The notes under the pieces were generated by a model. That model was not told the origin of the DNA and did no database searches. It worked only from the letters and a program-made list of their open reading frames with translations. A DNA stretch of 64,000 nt from a virus. Its lineage: Duplodnaviria; Caudoviricetes. Position 1 is the first letter of the stretch. Every line of letters begins with the position of its first letter. The stretch lies in the IMG/VR virus record IMGVR_UViG_3300044627_003892, one strand, 5' to 3'. Positions 62,720 through 64,000 of this stretch are shown in pieces. The translations under genes were made by a program, and so were the position numbers.

Positions 62720-63744
62720 TAAACATTTTGAACTGAAAAATTGGCTTCAGCCTGATTGATTGATTCTGTTATTACTTTCATAATTTTGTACGGGTCAGCG
62801 TTTGCTGCAGGTCTTCTATCCTCAACATAACCTTTCCAATTACTATTCACAGTTGTTTGTGGAACTCTTATGGAAGCACCTCTATCAGAGATACCGTAAC
62901 TGAATTTACTAATAGACTGAGTTTCGTGTTTACCAGTTAACCTGAAATGATTGTTTGAACCATAGTTTTCAATATGTTTTTGGTGGTTCATTTCAAAGAA
63001 ATTAAATATTGTTTCAAAATATTCTTTCCCACCAATTTCTCTCATCTTTTTGTTTGAGAAGTTTGTATGTAATCCTGAACCATTCCATTCACCATACATC
63101 AAAGGTTTTGGGTCGTATACTACTTCTACTTTATATGTTTCACAAAGTCTTTGTAATAAAAATCTACACAACCAAAGTTGGTCACAAGAATCTAACGTAC
63201 CTTTACCCATCACTTGGAACTCCCATTGTCCAAGTGCCACCTCAGCGTTAATACCTGTAACATTAAGTCCTGAGGATAAACAAACGTCTAAGTGATGTTC
63301 AACAATATCTCTAGCGACAACGTTCTCATAACCAATACCACAATAATACTCACCTTGTGGTCTCATTGTCACATCTTTAGTATGACCTAAAGGTAATTTG
63401 TTACTCCAAAGGAAATACTCCTGTTCAAACCCAACCCAAGTGTTTGAGTCGTCTTTAATCAATGAACGAGTATTAGAACTATGCGGTGTCATGTCAGGGT
63501 TAAGAACCTCACACAATACCAAATAACCATTCTTTCTCTGTGGGTCTCTGATTATTTTTACAGGTTTTAAAAGACAATCTGAATAGTTACCTTCCGCCTG
63601 ATTTGTTGATGAACCATCAAAGTTCCATATTGGGAGTGATTCTAATTCTGGTTCAGTTTCTGATGTTAAAACTTTTGTTTTACTTCTTAAGTTTGGTTCA
63701 GGAGTATATCCGTCCAACCAAATGTATTCTAACTTATATATCAT
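62719..63744 (-). CDS. glnII: Glutamine synthetase, type II
   Basis: KLEYIWLDG, WNFDGSST, GFEQEY, NAEVALGQWEFQ, WNGSGLHTNFS, DRGASIRVP, EDRRP. Confidence 0.92.
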   Translation of the reverse strand: MIYKLEYIWLDGYTPEPNLRSKTKVLTSETEPELESLPIWNFDGSSTNQAEGNYSDCLLKPVKIIRDPQRKNGYLVLCEVLNPDMTPHSSNTRSLIKDDSNTWVGFEQEYFLWSNKLPLGHTKDVTMRPQGEYYCGIGYENVVARDIVEHHLDVCLSSGLNVTGINAEVALGQWEFQVMGKGTLDSCDQLWLCRFLLQRLCETYKVEVVYDPKPLMYGEWNGSGLHTNFSNKKMREIGGKEYFETIFNFFEMNHQKHIENYGSNNHFRLTGKHETQSISKFSYGISDRGASIRVPQTTVNSNWKGYVEDRRPAANADPYKIMKVITESINQAEANFSVQNV

Positions 63745-63920
63745 ATTGTATCAATTTCAGGTATTCCGAGTTCATAATACGCTTTCTCAAAAGAATCGTA
63801 AAATAAAATTCCTTCGTTATCTCTATACTTTTTTGCAAGTTCAAATAATTCCTTGTACATATCTTTAGAATATGCCTCATGTATTATTTCTTCAATAAAA
63901 TCAGAACTGTTTACACTCAT
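63741..63920 (-). CDS. Small hypothetical protein (59 aa)
   Basis: MSVNSSDFIEEIIHEAYSKD...EIDTI*; ATGA overlap with glnII. Confidence 0.65.
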   Translation of the reverse strand: MSVNSSDFIEEIIHEAYSKDMYKELFELAKKYRDNEGILFYDSFEKAYYELGIPEIDTI

Positions 63921-64000
63921 AGTTAAAATATAAAATAAAGTATTATTTTTGTCAAAGGTTAATGTTAAATTCTATCAATTAAACCTCTAAGATATTTTCC

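Noticed and set aside
2292-63806. Numerous short ORFs nested in or antisense to long genes (e.g. 2292, 2685, 6708, 11503, 11508, 14888, 15734, 18504, 26841, 28594, 40122, 49078, 57339, 63009)
   Set aside because: They fully overlap well-supported genes or the tmRNA and have shadow-like composition (Ser/Phe/Leu-rich)
1-64000. cas genes (cas1, cas2, cas9, cas13) accompanying the arrays
   Set aside because: No ORF shows RuvC, Cas1 or paired HEPN (RxxxxH) features; the large ORFs at 11.9-17.4 kb lack them and the HNH genes are small free-standing types
1-64000. Alternative genetic code (stop-codon reassignment)
   Set aside because: Known enzymes are full length in code 11, and the tRNA is not a suppressor

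Overview
AT-rich, gene-dense 64 kb segment that is most likely part of a jumbo/huge tailed-phage genome infecting a Bacteroidota (probably Flavobacteriia-like) host. This is an inference: no capsid, terminase or polymerase gene is in the window. It rests on dense small ORFans on both strands, phage-type auxiliary genes, and many Bacteroidota sigma-A promoters (TTTG-N19/20-TAnnTTTG). Recognisable genes: an N-domain-less ClpC, M20/M28 peptidase, tmRNA with an unusual 21-aa tag, tRNA-Arg(UCU), two HNH nucleases, RmlC, a PPK2-SleB hydrolase fusion, SlyD-like FKBP, DenV-like glycosylase, CAP and OmpA-domain proteins, LpxH-like phosphoesterase, GT2, a YkuD-like enzyme, HotDog thioesterase and type II glutamine synthetase. 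The top candidate for a new system is four paralogous genes (46513, 54010, 54632, 55230) whose 3' halves are CRISPR-like arrays. They hold 25 full 36-nt repeats (consensus GGTGGAAGAGGTATTAAATCATAAGGTATCCACAAC) separated by 25 unique spacers of exactly 30 nt. All are read in frame as VEEVLNHKVSTT plus 10 variable residues, with no cas gene in the window. The repeat resembles Bacteroidota type VI-B (Cas13b) repeats (recalled from memory, needs checking). Shorter paralogues carry a single repeat-spacer-half-repeat unit with a 65-nt period that frameshifts into a stop. Other notable structure: about 40 unrelated proteins share a few N-terminal leader peptides and a TATTTAT motif just upstream, monocistronic promoter-gene-terminator cassettes at 33.7-41.2 kb, and G-tract elements around 39.6-43.6 kb.
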